A stretch of DNA of 63,266 nt, filler included, from Choristocarpus tenellus KU-1152 (taxonomy: Eukaryota > Protista > Phaeophyceae): NCBI GenBank assembly GCA_964200185.2. It is 12 parts of 12 records of this genome, joined end to end, with 100 filler letters (N's around TTAATTAATTAA, not from the genome) between each part and the next. Parts side by side here need not be neighbours in the genome. Positions count along the whole stretch, not along the records: positions 10,283 to 15,132 come from CAXNAD020012802.1; positions 15,233 to 17,751 come from CAXNAD020027129.1; positions 17,852 to 22,798 come from CAXNAD020012420.1; positions 22,899 to 29,115 come from CAXNAD020008661.1; 8 more parts are not named here. The stretch is one strand, 5' to 3'. Under the pieces are notes generated by a model. It was not told the DNA's origin and searched no databases. It saw nothing but the letters and a program-made list of their open reading frames with translations. Positions 13,540 to 25,800 of this stretch are shown here, piece by piece; position 1 is the stretch's first letter, and each line of letters starts with the position of its first letter. The position numbers were made by a program, and so were the translations under genes.

Positions 13540-13975
13540 ACCTTATCACACCTTCCTTTCTTTGAACGCCATTTGGTCACCATGAACCTTGCTGTCCGAT
13601 TAGTCACATACAAGTACCACAACTCCTGTTGATTGGCAACCTTCGAGTCCTCCAACCCTCAACTGTAATCCCAAACTTGTCAAGGTTGCCTTGAAATCAT
13701 GTCCACCATCATTTCTCCTGTCCACCTTGTTTCCATTTTCTATTCGCAAGCTCCCCAAAAATTGGTATCTCGAGAACTCGCTCATTCCCTGTGCAAGCCT
13801 CTGCTTGCGTGGACCGTTCCTCGATACTCTCTCGCCCAGTCTTCACAACGTCGTATTTGTAGGAGAGGACATGATCGGTGCATTCCCATTTGCTGAAACC
13901 TATCCAGTGGAAGAGGAATTTGTGATGGTGAGAGCAGAGCTCCGAATAATGAGTCTGCAAACCATACAACCACAT
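13540..13975 (-). mobile_element. RTE-clade LINE 3' remnant
   Basis: HYSELCSHHHKFLFHWIG..TDHVLSY..KTGRESIEE..IFGELANRKWKQGGQEK*WWT..NLDKFGITVEGW, the characteristic RTE C-terminus, with stops. Confidence 0.8.
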
Positions 13976-14010
13976 AACAGAACTAGAGGTACTTCAGCGT
14001 TGAGCACTCG

Positions 14011-14116
14011 AATCTAAACCAAGTGAGATAACTGAAGTACTGTAATGAAAAACTTTACTATAAAAAAAACTAATCTAAACCAAGTGAGATAATTGAAATC
14101 CTGTCATAAAAAACTT
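14011..14116. repeat. Tandem duplication of a ~45-bp unit (period ~61 bp)
   Basis: AATCTAAACCAAGTGAGATAA(C/T)TGAA occurs at 14011 and 14072. Confidence 0.8.
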
Positions 14117-14329
14117 GGGTGTAAAAAATAACGTTAAGCCTAATCCTAATCCTAACCAAAAATAATAAATGTATATAATATGATTGTTTATTATTATGGA
14201 TATACATAGGGATTTCATTATTGTCAAATCGCTTGGGTCCTGTTCAACTTTTTTCATAATATTTTTCAACTATTCATAGTTCTACCTTCTCTATAATACC
14301 CGTTACGCAATACAATTAGTGTTTCCATC

Positions 14330-14610
14330 TCGTCCACAGCAATCCTTGTGAATAAGTGACAAGAAGACAGTTGCCTCCATGAATTCAATGGTTTGGAACC
14401 CCCCATCCATGCCAGTCTTCCCTTCATGGAGTACTGGTTTCGGTGAACTTTGTCCTATCAGTATGCCTGTCACACTATTAATATGTACTGTATGCCAAAA
14501 ACGCCAGATGAACAAGAAGGTGGCAAGACTTCTTTGTGGACGGACATCAAGCTGGGTCTGAGACAAGATTCGTGGAAGGAGGTGGACCAAAGAGCATTGG
14601 GATGGTTGAA
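14330..14610 (+). mobile_element. RTE-like LINE 3' remnant
   Basis: Fragmented GFGEL..RWQD..DIKLGLRQDSWKEVDQRALGW motifs across frames. Confidence 0.5.
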
Positions 14611-14955
14611 TCAAAGCGGTTGAGGTAAGGTGGGACCTAAGACATGTACAACAGTAACATGTACTATTTTTATTATTATGCATGTACTATTGTTGTTATT
14701 ATGTATTGATATCATCATTATCACGTAATGTTTATCTTGAGAAATGTCAACAAAACAAAATAAAATCTTTGGGCGAACATCAAGCAAAATCTTAAATTTA
14801 ATCACATTCCTATTTCAATTCATATCCCCCTCTCGGAGGGGCTGGATCCCTCACTTGGGAGTTGTGCATCAGTCAGGGGGGAGCATGGTGCGACTAATGA
14901 GGGAACTTATGTTAAAGTCAAAGTGTTGCGTAGAAATCTGACTTACGTTCAAACT

Positions 14956-15132
14956 AACCCAAAGTATCTGGGGGAGGGGTGGCGGCTGTCCATTTGGGGC
15001 CAATTATTTCATGTCGCGATTTTTAGATGATTTGGTTGCATACGTCGGATGGATAATGTAAGTACAATTTTCCTGTTAATGGACCAAATGGACACCCTAG
15101 TGTAGACCCCCCCCCCCCCCCCCCCCTTCAAA
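14956..15132. mobile_element. MITE family B, reverse orientation, truncated by contig end
   Basis: CCCAAAGTATCTGGGGG..GTCCATTTGGGG..CGGATGGATAATGTAAGT..CACCCTAGTGTAGACCCC is the reverse complement of 12-193. Confidence 0.85.
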
Positions 15133-15270
15133 NNNNNNNNNNNNNNNNNNNNNNNNNNNNNNNNNNNNNNNNNNNNTTAATTAATTAANNNNNNNNNNNN
15201 NNNNNNNNNNNNNNNNNNNNNNNNNNNNNNNNGTAGAGGAGTAAAGGAGGCGACACGGACGGGGGGAGAG

Positions 15271-15302
<32 letters not shown>

Positions 15303-15566
15303 GGACATGGGGTGGATGAGAGAAGGTCAAATCAATCTGTTGCAGATTTGCACTCAGGAGGTCACTTGAGTCCCTCTCTGGTGGACACCAAAAATAAAAT
15401 AAAATGCTTGTTGCTTGTACATTAGAGCGCTTGTTGACCCAGAGCAGAGTTCTGGGCCATACGCCACAACATCCTCACCGTAGTCAACAAAAAACAGAAA
15501 AGAAAACTGTACTTCAAAAAAAAAAAAAAAAAAAAAAGAGGAGAGAAACAGGGATGTGAAGAGTTA

Positions 15567-15626
<60 letters not shown>

Positions 15627-15868
15627 GTGTTGCGCCCCAGTGATGTGAAGTTTTCCAACACAATAACACGTCCAACAAGCATGTAACATACGCACACAAG
15701 TCAAGTCAAGTCTTGTCCCAAATAGGGTTAGGGTTAGGGTTCGAGTTCGGTACATTATTCCCGAGAGAAGCTAGAGTGAAGGACTGACAAAGGAACAGTT
15801 GGCACAGGTAACTTGTGGCAGCCTCTGTTCTAGGGGGCAGATCCCTTTGTGTACACATAATTGCTCAC

Positions 15869-17649
15869 GTTATCTGGGACAGCCTGGCTGAACAGAAACA
15901 CAACCTCCTCAAGCTCTCTGGTGGACATGCTCGTATTCATCAGAGACTGCAGAACCTTGTCACACCTGAACACAGTAAGGAGGCGCATAAACAAATAAGA
16001 GAACCTTCCCAGCAAAAACCCCCAGGCAGCTAGGCAGCAATGCACACAAGAACAACCATACACAGACACACAGACACACAAGCACACAAGCACATCCAGA
16101 CATGAAAGACCCACTTGTGCTTGATGTCCTTCAAAACAGCCTTCACAGGCGACCCTCTTCCCAGGCCCAGCTCAGACGCCTTAGCCTCTGTGAGTGGCAC
16201 ATCTGATGCATCAAACCCTCGCGAAACTGGTGCCACTGCATCCACACCCTCTGCCCTTGCCAACCGAGCACTAGCAGCCTGCCCTGCCCCCCTCCCCACC
16301 ATGTAACTCCCCTCATTGGCGCCACCGCTTGTACTGCTGTTGGTACCGCTTGTACCAGGATTGCTGGTCCCAGACCTGGTCCCAGACCTGGCGCCACCTC
16401 CACTGCTGGTACTGCTGGTACCGCCGGTACCGCTGGTACCGCTGGATGAAACTGATTTGTCTGACTTGGAGAGTGGGGTCTGACTTCCTCGCCAGCTTGC
16501 ACTGAGGGCTGGTACACAGTCCGGAAGAAGGTCCTTGCAAGACTGTGTGGGTGGAGTACATGGGAAGTTGAAATGGGAGTTGCCAAAACACTTCAAGGCG
16601 TGTCACAACGTAACCTCTTTCTTAACTCTTTCTCCATGGGTACGGCAGTACCCCACCACTACTATCAATAACATTCATGTTACACTTAACCTCAATAATC
16701 AGTAAGCGGGTCAATTTGTCTCTGTCCCTGGGTCGTGGGGAGTACCCTTCCACTCTATTTGTCTCTATAGGTACTCTCACCAACAATGTGTCTCTTTTCA
16801 AACGTTTTCTCAAGTCTCCTTTTTTCTTACATCTTAAGAACACAACACTCGTCATCAAATATTACATCACCATCCAAATCTCACCAATTAGGACCACATC
16901 CATTCGTTCAAATAGTAACATTAATAACAACAACAAAAAAATTGGAGAGGGACAAACACTAGCAAACCAGACAACAACAGCAAACACTAGCAAACATCTT
17001 CATACTAGCTTCAACACTAATGGATATCTTCATACTATCTTCTCACCTTTTCAAGGAGTCTACGAAGCTTACTCGTTCGGTGGAGCATCTCATCGCTGGA
17101 CTCCCTGTCAACATGGCCAGTCCAGTACCTGCCACAGTAGAGCACAGTAGTCCAACAAACACAAGCATGTATACACACACACACACACATGTATATACAG
17201 ATGAATTTAAGCAACCATGATACAAGGGGGGGTGGGGAGGATATACACAGTCAAAAATAAAACAAAAAAAAGGGAGAGAAATAGGTGGGGTTACATGACT
17301 AAAGATCATGTCTCAAATCTCAAAAACACACTTCAAACTTTCTCAATAAATACCTACCCTAACCCTATAACCCTATAACCCTAACCCTAATCCCAACCCC
17401 CAACTCCAAACAAAAATCACAGCGCTGCCTCAATTCAACTCCTCATGCTTGTTTCACAACTCAGTCTCTACCTACAACCCAAGTCCCTTGGTCCAAGCAA
17501 ACGCCACCCATATTTAGGAGACCCAGCAATACCCACCGAGCACTGTTACGGAATATTAGACTGCAATCGGCAACGAGCTCCTCCTCTGCCCTGTATACCC
17601 CTGTAACCAAGTTAGTAGTCACAACGCCCATATCCATGTGGTTCTTGAT
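15869..17649 (-). CDS. Double-bromodomain protein (internal exons)
   Basis: Phase-consistent exons 17537-17649 (IKNHMDMGVVTTNLVTGVYRAEEELVADCSLIFRNSAR), 17047-17128 (YWTGHVDRESSDEMLHRTSKLRRLLEK), 16115-16542 (S/G/T-rich linker) and 15869-15965 (CDKVLQSLM..VFLFSQAVPDN, start of a second bromodomain). Confidence 0.8.
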
Positions 17650-17851
17650 CTGGAGGGAGCAGAAGTAGCCAGTGGGGGGGGGGGGAGAGAGAGGGGAGAG
17701 GGGGGGTTAAGAGATCTATTCTTATTCTTTATATTTTCTGCTTGGTTCAAANNNNNNNNNNNNNNNNNNNNNNNNNNNNNNNNNNNNNNNNNNNNTTAAT
17801 TAATTAANNNNNNNNNNNNNNNNNNNNNNNNNNNNNNNNNNNNNNNNNNNN

Positions 17852-18007
17852 GGGGGTGTCTACACCAGGGTGTCCATTTGGGACAAAATCTAGAAAAGTG
17901 GGCTTACATTATCCATCCGACGTATGCAACCAAATCAACCAGAAATCGCGACATGAAAAATTGACCTCAAATGTACACCCGTGACCCCCCCCAAGATACT
18001 TTGACCC
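17852..18007. mobile_element. MITE family B, truncated at contig start
   Basis: GTCTACACCAGGGTGTCCATTTGGG..CATTATCCATCCGA..CCCCAAGATACTTTGACCC. Confidence 0.85.
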
Positions 18008-18049
18008 CGTTTAAGAGGGAAGGACTGAGTCCGTTCGGGATTGCAAGTG

Positions 18050-18260
18050 CAATATTGCGATTTTGATTAATTTTGGGTATTGTGTTTGTTAGCAAGTTTC
18101 AATATACTTGCTCCGGACACACCTTTCATAGCCGTAAATATTTTAGGTAACTGTGATGTTCATACTGAATACCGAAATGGGGCGTAAAAAACCCGTGAGA
18201 AGTCAAGCCCCGAATGGACAAACAGGGCAAAACTCATACCCTCTTAAATGCTTTGGGTCC
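18050..18260. mobile_element. MITE family A, degenerate copy
   Basis: CCGGACACACCTTTCATA..AAGTCAAGCCCCGAATGGACAAACAGGGCAAAACTCATACCCTCTTAAATGCTTTG matches the family A core. Confidence 0.75.
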
Positions 18261-18631
18261 TGTGCACAACAAGTCGAAAGCAGCAGTTTAATAATCTTCA
18301 ACAATAATCACACCGATCCGTGTAATGAAACCAACGGTTTATTGCTGTGAGGAGGCACTGTTCAGTGAGAATAGTCTTCAGGACATTATATTGAAAAATA
18401 ACAATGTCTCCCAGCTTACACTACTGTATGGGGTTGGCATAACATACTCATATGTGGAGCGGATCGAATGCTTTATGAACCATGTCTCTCGATGATTTGT
18501 ACTCTCTCCAAGCGATGAGCTACAGGTGAGCATCAACTGTACCGCTGGGTGGACTGATTGATTCGTACCTGTAGTACCAGTATTGATATTCAACAACATG
18601 TATAGAGTAGTTCATTCATATACATTTTTTA

Positions 18632-18897
18632 CATTCAAAGTAAACAAACAAGATGTACCCAGAGTTGCATTTTAAGGGCGTTGACAAATGTCCAAAATTT
18701 GGATTTTTTAAATAAATGTGTATTGGAATATTTTGTGAATTGCATCGGAAAAGTTTCAAACAATATAGAAATAAACGCTCTCGAGTCAAAATTTGAGCTT
18801 CGTCCATAGAAATATGGGTGAACTGCAAACTATTGCAATACAGACTTTAAATTCAAAACGGCTGAAACCTGGGTGTACCTCTAAGTTACCTTGATTC
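18632..18897. mobile_element. MITE family C copy
   Basis: CATTCAAAGTAAAC..GTACCCAGAGTTGCATTTTAAGG..TCCATAGAAATATGGGTGAA..GGGTGTACCTCTAAGTTACCTTGATTC. Confidence 0.75.
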
Positions 18898-19668
18898 AAA
18901 TATGTATTACTACCCACCAATCAAAAGTTTTCCTTAGGTTGCTGAGACTTTCGGATGGGTTGCACTGTACATACGATTGGATGGTAAGGCGTTTGTAGGC
19001 ACAAACAATTTCCACATCTCGATGGCATTGTGAGCACGGGGATTGGAATAGTTTTCACATGAGGAGAGATGTATAGGCCTACCTACCCCTATTGACTTGC
19101 TGCTTGTCAATGAGGTTTACATGTGGTATCCAAGGTGTGAACGCCTAAAGGTCTATCATCCTCAAAGATTGCAACTCCTCACAAGAATTTAGAGAACTTA
19201 ACATCCCTCCTTGCAGCATTCCTCAATGCAAAGATTCTTGATTAGAGCAAAGTTTCGCAATTGACATGACATAGTATTGGGAAGGTCCTTGTGCCAGTGA
19301 CCCAATCTCAGTCACCAATCGGAATCCCCTCCTTGGCTTCCCTTCCCCCAGGATGGAGTCTTCAAGGAGGCTGCAGCTATTTCCATACAGTCATTTTGGC
19401 GAGCTATCCGGGCTAAACACCTCTATGGAATCCAGTGGGCAATGTCCAAAATCCGGGAGATGCAAGATGGAGCAGTCAAGAGTAAGATGGTGTAATTGAG
19501 GGAGCAGAGTAATATCCAAAACATATATTTTCATTCTCCAAAACAGAAGTAGAGGCTTACCTTATTTTGGATGTTGTATCAAACAAAGGAAGCGTGCTGT
19601 CACAGTCTTTTAACGTTGATCTCACTTCATTCCTGATGCGTGGTATGCGGTCATGGCATCTCACTTCA

Positions 19669-19948
19669 GAGCCAGAGCATCTTAGAGGGTCGAGCTGCGT
19701 CCATTTGGGGGACAAAATCCAATGTTGTGATTTTGATGTAATTTTGATGTAATTTTGATGTAATTTTGGCTATTGTGTTTGTTAGGAAGTGTCAATATCC
19801 ATGTTCCAGACAAACCTTTTCATAACATATACACTTTGCCTACTCCTAAACATTTTGGAGTAGGAAAATGTCATAAAGAACACATGGGAAGCCAAGCCTC
19901 AAATGGACAAACAGGGCAAAACTCGTACCCTCTAAGATACTTTCACTC
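19669..19948. mobile_element. MITE family A, complete copy
   Basis: TIRs present, 4-bp TSD TTCA, internal (ATTTTGATGTA)x3 slippage. Confidence 0.9.
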
Positions 19949-22581
19949 TTCAACCCTGCAGTGCAAAACCCTACAGTCATACTTGGTACCCTCTAGCTAT
20001 TGAGTGTGTTCATTTCTCCGTTGTGAACAATTTGAAGGGCTCTTTCTTACATAGCTGCAGACAAGTATTATACCATAGAATGATTCGCTTTGAACCAAAA
20101 CAATATCTATATTTGGAAGAGGACTAGAGCATCCAATCCCTTTGTGTCTTCCTCAATTTGCTCATGGTTGCCTCCTCAAGGACTCCTTCTACCCGCGTGC
20201 TACTAATTTCCCATAGCACTCATTGGTGTTTTCGAAATTCGAAGCATTGGCAGTTTGAGCGCTGCTCATTTTCTGGCGTCTATGAAATCTATGTCACTCA
20301 TTGACTGGTCAGTGAAAGGTGGGTCAAGTATAAATTATACCCTAGAACTTGCTGCTTTGGCCATCATCTAGTCACATTTCCTGAGCAGTAGTTGACTTGC
20401 AACAACTAAGGAGAAGGCTTGAAGAGAGCATACATTGGTTTCCAAGGGAGCATAACTTGGCATAGCACAGGGACGAACCAAGGAAAAACTCCATTATTTC
20501 TCAAGAACTCACTTGTCCCGCTGACCAACCACCCGCGGCACCATCCTTGTACACAAAGGCCTAGATCCCAAGATGCTCAGAATGTAGTAAGACTTGACTT
20601 GCATCATAGAATCATTGTGCTGTCAATATAATCTGGAAAGGATATTTGATCCCTGGCCCGATGCTGATTGTCTGGCCTCACTCCTCTTTGCTTCAGTATA
20701 TCAGTCTAGGGTCTTGTTCCGTTCTTAATTCTCTTGTACCATGAATCTTGTTGACAGATATTCAACGCCTATATCGTGGCTTCAAGGGCCGTCTCCGAGC
20801 AAAAGCCCGAAAACATCTGCATATGGTCAAGATATTGCGTGAGACAGCAGCGATAAATATTGAGCGCATCTTCCGCGGGCATAAGGTATGAACCATTAAA
20901 CTATACCACATAATGGTATCTATCCTGCAACGCACATCTCTATGACGGTGCTGATTGAATTCCAGAGCATGAGACGAGGCCACCATCACACTGATGTACA
21001 GACATGGGGGGGTTGAACTGTCAACTGAACAACACGGCAACACTACTGCCCGATTCTACCTTCGAACTTGAGAAGATTGACATCATCGAAAGTCCACACT
21101 GACAACCAAGCAACAATTTAGTTTGCCTTCCCTGTTCATGATGGCCATGATGCTATAACAGGGACGAGAGGAGTTTGAGTGCAAGCAGAAATTAGTTCAT
21201 CTGGAACACATGGCTCGCCCACTGCAGGTGGGATCTCCTATGCATGACTGGACACAAAAGCCATTGCGGCAGTTTGAGACTAACCTCAATTGCCTTAGGT
21301 GATGCTGGTGCATTTTGCATTTTCTCACCACTGGTATGACAAATATAACGGGGTGTGTCAATGGCACTGTCCAAGCCAAAGAATACATATATTGGCTTCA
21401 CATCTCAATCGTTTCTTTTTATTTTTCACTCAGTCAAACATTTCAATCTCCAAGGTCCTGACCACGAACATGTTCAGCTCTGTAATAGCAGGTTAAGAAC
21501 CATTTTATGTTACTTATTGAGGTAGTGTTCATACTTGAGATTCCTCATTTTATCTAGGATAGATATGGATTAGGACATATGTACCTCTATTAGTGCACTT
21601 TTTATGAGAAGTAGCATTCCGAGAGTGTCCCTGAGAACAAGTGAAGGATTACATCCTTCCCTAAGGAACCGAACAGAGTCTGGGAAGGTGGTAGTGCAAT
21701 TGAGGGTATCAAGAGGGTGCAAGAAGTTCAACGAAGATAGGGTCTGTGCGCCTATCTTTATGCGCCAGGGGGCGAAACGAAATGGATAAACCTGGTCCCC
21801 TACTTTGTGCACTTTGGATTTCATCTTTATAAGCAAAGAAATGCCTTCCGTGCCCTGTTATTATCAAATGATGCAAGAGAGGCTGAACGATTTTGTTCGC
21901 CCCTTGACCTCCCTCCCATCCTGCATCTTTCAATGGCATCGTTCCTCTATGCTTGTTTAACGGCCACAAAAAGGAAGTCCTTCAAAATACACCCTCACCT
22001 CCATTGTTTTTCACAATCTCCATCTTGCTGCAGATCAAGCATGACGAACTTATCTCAACTGGGAAAGAAATCTCGAATCAACTGCACAAACTACAACTTG
22101 CCAAAGGTCCCCTCAGGACAACAAGGGATGAGTTGTCACAGGAGCTTTTCCACATTGTCCACACAACAGAAAAGTACACAGACAGCGACAAGGCGAGCCC
22201 TCTCTATTCTCCAGCACAAGGGAAAATTAGACACGGACAAATGTGAACAGAAATGCATGTGTGGAACAGCACTACTCAAACGAGTTGGCATTAGTCTACG
22301 ATTAGAAGCGGAGTCTGACCTGTCTCAAGCATGAGTGTAAGAAAAGCTAGGGAATTCAAAGAGAAGTAGACTAACACAATGCTTTATCTTAACGGGCCTG
22401 CATAGAGAATTCATGTAGGTTGATAATATATGACTAGTGCTAGTTTATAATCTCCAATAGATGTTCAAAACCTCAAGATTCCAACTTGATTATGCTGATA
22501 CCTAATGTTCTGGTGCCGGCCACCTTTCAGTCACATACCACACCCCCTAGTTCTTTGCTGCGCTGAACCTTGGTACATTAG

Positions 22582-22698
22582 GTGAGCGGAATCCCTCAGC
22601 GCTTCCTCACAAAATTCTTACAAGTACGAATAGTGGAGCTCTATGATGCTACAGAGAAGAAACTCAGCACACTTGACAAAGAGATGGTTGAGCTTGAG
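22582..22698 (+). CDS. Isolated internal exon of an unknown protein
   Basis: ttag|VSGIPQRFLTKFLQVRIVELYDATEKKLSTLDKEMVELE|gtaagc; 117 bp, phase 0/0. Confidence 0.55.
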
Positions 22699-22756
22699 GT
22701 AAGCAAGAAGAGGGCAAGTATAACGTCCCTGAGAATCTTTGCTGTGAGGAATAATA

Positions 22757-22798
22757 GAGCCAAAGTATCTTAGAGGGTAGAGCCGCGTCCATTTGGGG
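22757..22798. mobile_element. MITE family A end, truncated by contig end
   Basis: GAGCCAAAGTATCTTAGAGGGTAGAGCCGCGTCCATTTGGGG followed by the N spacer. Confidence 0.85.
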
Positions 22799-22898
22799 NN
22801 NNNNNNNNNNNNNNNNNNNNNNNNNNNNNNNNNNNNNNNNNNTTAATTAATTAANNNNNNNNNNNNNNNNNNNNNNNNNNNNNNNNNNNNNNNNNNNN

Positions 22899-25800
22899 GG
22901 CGTGGGAGGGAGGTGACTGCAGGGGAAGAAAAGTCAGGGGTCAAACAGGAGGTAGGCGTGGGAGGGGAGGCAGAGGGGGGGGGGGCAGGAAGAGACCTGT
23001 GGATGGGGCTTGGATTGGGGATAGGGTCTAGGTCAAAGACAGAACTTGGCATAGAGAGGGAAGGTAGTATCGAGAAGGGGGGGGTCGAGGAGAATGACAG
23101 GAGCACAGCCAATGTGCCACAAGGGGAGATGCGAGGGGAGGAGAAATGGGAAATGGGAACTCCTTCTTTGGCACCTTTATCAACACCTGAGGAGCTCAGG
23201 CCTTTCCAAAACTGGAAAAAAAGGAACTCCAACATTATACAACAGTTGGGATCAAGTGGGAAGGGGGAATCTGGAGGAGGGGGATGGGAGAGGAGTGCTG
23301 GAGGGACCAGAGCGAGGGAGGGAAATAGATCTGTCAGTGATGGGAAATCGTCATTCTCTAGCATGAATTGTTCACAGAGGGAATCCGAAGCGAGAGCAGG
23401 ACTGGGAGAAAATTCGGCAATGGCTGGAGCACAAAAGAGTATTCAGCCAAAGATGTCACGCAATGTGGAGTACCTCTTCTTCACTGGAAGGGGTGGTGTG
23501 TTTGGAGGGGAAGTAAGTTTTTGTTCCCGACTGGAAAGAGGGCAGAGTTATATCTAGAGGAGAAGATAATGTAACACAATAGATTCCTTTCTGTTTTCAC
23601 TTAAAGTGGGCAATGAATCCTCTATTTCAAGACCCTCAGCATGCATGACTTATCACGTATGATGGTATCTATGAGACTCATCCACAGTAGTCTGTTCTTC
23701 ATCCTTGTACAGCACACAGTAAGCTCTTAAATGATTGAATTTGACTGTTGTCCGGTGGGAGGGGGGAAGCCCACTAATATGAAGCTGGCATATTCATAGT
23801 AGTTTAGGGCCAGGTTATGAAAAGAAATGGGTCAAGGTACTTGGAGCACTTTGGTGCTCACATTATTGCATGATAATTATTTTCAAGTATCACTCTAGCA
23901 CTTGCTATTTTAATTTTCTTGCTTGCACTAGCGGTTAAGAGGTATGGGTCCTCATCTCCCCACCCCAAAGTTTTTAATGAACTTATCATCGCTCCCTAAC
24001 CCTAAATCCGATTCTTAATGTCAAATATTATAACCTCCACCTGAAGCCACAATGGCCAGGACAGGAGGGCTTCCTTAAGCTTGCAGAAGACGGTGTTCGT
24101 CTCCGGCGAGGTTTCCCCAATTCTGTTGATGCTGACATCTGTGCTCGGGACAGCAACAAGACAGAGCACTACAATTTCAAGGAGATTGACTCCACAGCCC
24201 CAGCAGATGGGAGTGGTGTCCGTGGGGAAGAAGAGGAAGGGATTGTGAAGGGTGAAAAAAATGGAAGGGAATACTTCCATCGGAAGGCAGTTGAAATAGA
24301 TCTCTCCAGAAATGCCACAAGTGCTGCTGCAAGCACACCAGCCTGCAACAGAAGGAGGGACAGCGGTGAAGGTGGAGGTCACAGAGTGGAGAATTTGACA
24401 CTGCAAGACGAAGAGGGAGAGACAGCTGAGAAAGTTCCCTCAACCGCTTTTGTCCTCTCTAATCGTATAATTGATGAGGACATGCCTCCTACAGTTATGC
24501 ATTTGGGTTGGAAGGAGGAAGGGTGGGTGGGACAGGCCGAGGTGGTTCCAACCTTGGCTCAGCCGGTGGCAGGGAAACGGAAAAAAAATTCTCCACCCCT
24601 AACGCCTAAATCCCCATTGCATCAACGAATAAATGAATTTCCTCATTGGGACGGGGTTGGGGATGCAAACAGAAGGGGCATTGGAAGGGACAACAGCCGG
24701 AAAGGAGATGAGTATTTGCAAAAAATTTGGAAGTTTCCTTTGAAATGTACAGTCATGGTCACCAAGGTGTACACGGGTCATAGCAACTTCATGGACCACG
24801 GCAGCATCATGGATGCAGCTTTGGACGAAGGGAGGGATGGCAATGATGGAAGACATGGGAGGGATTGCCAGGAGGGGCGGTTGGGAGGCCAGGGTCAAGA
24901 GTTCAACAAAGGAATTACACAGGACTGTAAATTCACGAGGGGTTCGTCCTCAACTCAGAAGAGAGACATAGGGAATCTTCTATTGGATAAGGCTCAGAAG
25001 GAAGGGTTCTTATCTGTTTGTGTTTGCCTAACTGGAGCACAAGAAGGCACTGCAAATGGAGATAGAAGTGATAGAAACGGTGATTGTGCCCATTGGAGTC
25101 AGACCAGTGATGCACTTGACACCAACAGCGAGGAGGCCAGAGTGGAGGTACAGAAGTCAAAGGAAGGGAAAAAAAAAAGGGGGATGCATCAAGAATGGCA
25201 CGTGCTGGACGAGGAATTAGTTTTCCCTGAGTACATCGTGGAGTTCGAACTATCTCCTGTGCTTCATCATGAGGTATGGTGCTTGGAGAATGCCCATGAG
25301 CCTGCCGTCATATGAGCTATGTCTTAGTACCTATAGTCCTTCTTTCCTTGATTTATACTGCTGTGTATTCCTATCCTTTCCATGCCTCCACCTGACAAAC
25401 AGCCGAAGACATTGCTACACATTGCTCTCGTTCTTGTCAGCGAGTGGTTCCCCTATCTTGGTTCTAAACTTGGTTCGTTTCATTGTTCATGTGTCATGCG
25501 ATCACCTCTAGCTCCTTGAGGTCCTGCTGTTGATAGTAACCATCAGTCATTGCCTCATTCAGGAGGAAATGATGGGATGGATATTGCAGCACTTTCTCCC
25601 TTCATAATATTGAACATATTCATTGATCAGATGAGGATTCCATTAACTTTTGAACTTGAACTAAATGGTGATCAAAACATTCAGATATACGGTTGGTACC
25701 TGAAGGACGCCTTCACTTGGAAATTAACACTGGACGGAATGGATTACTCCTGACAGATATGTTTCATATCCTAGTGTTCCATGTGTGCTTGACTTGCTCT

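Noticed and set aside
15422-15755. Poly-Phe ORFs
   Set aside because: They arise from A homopolymers.
19960-22340. Several 60-175-aa ORFs as genes
   Set aside because: There is no consistent frame or splice pattern. This is probably decayed retroelement sequence and I cannot assign a family.
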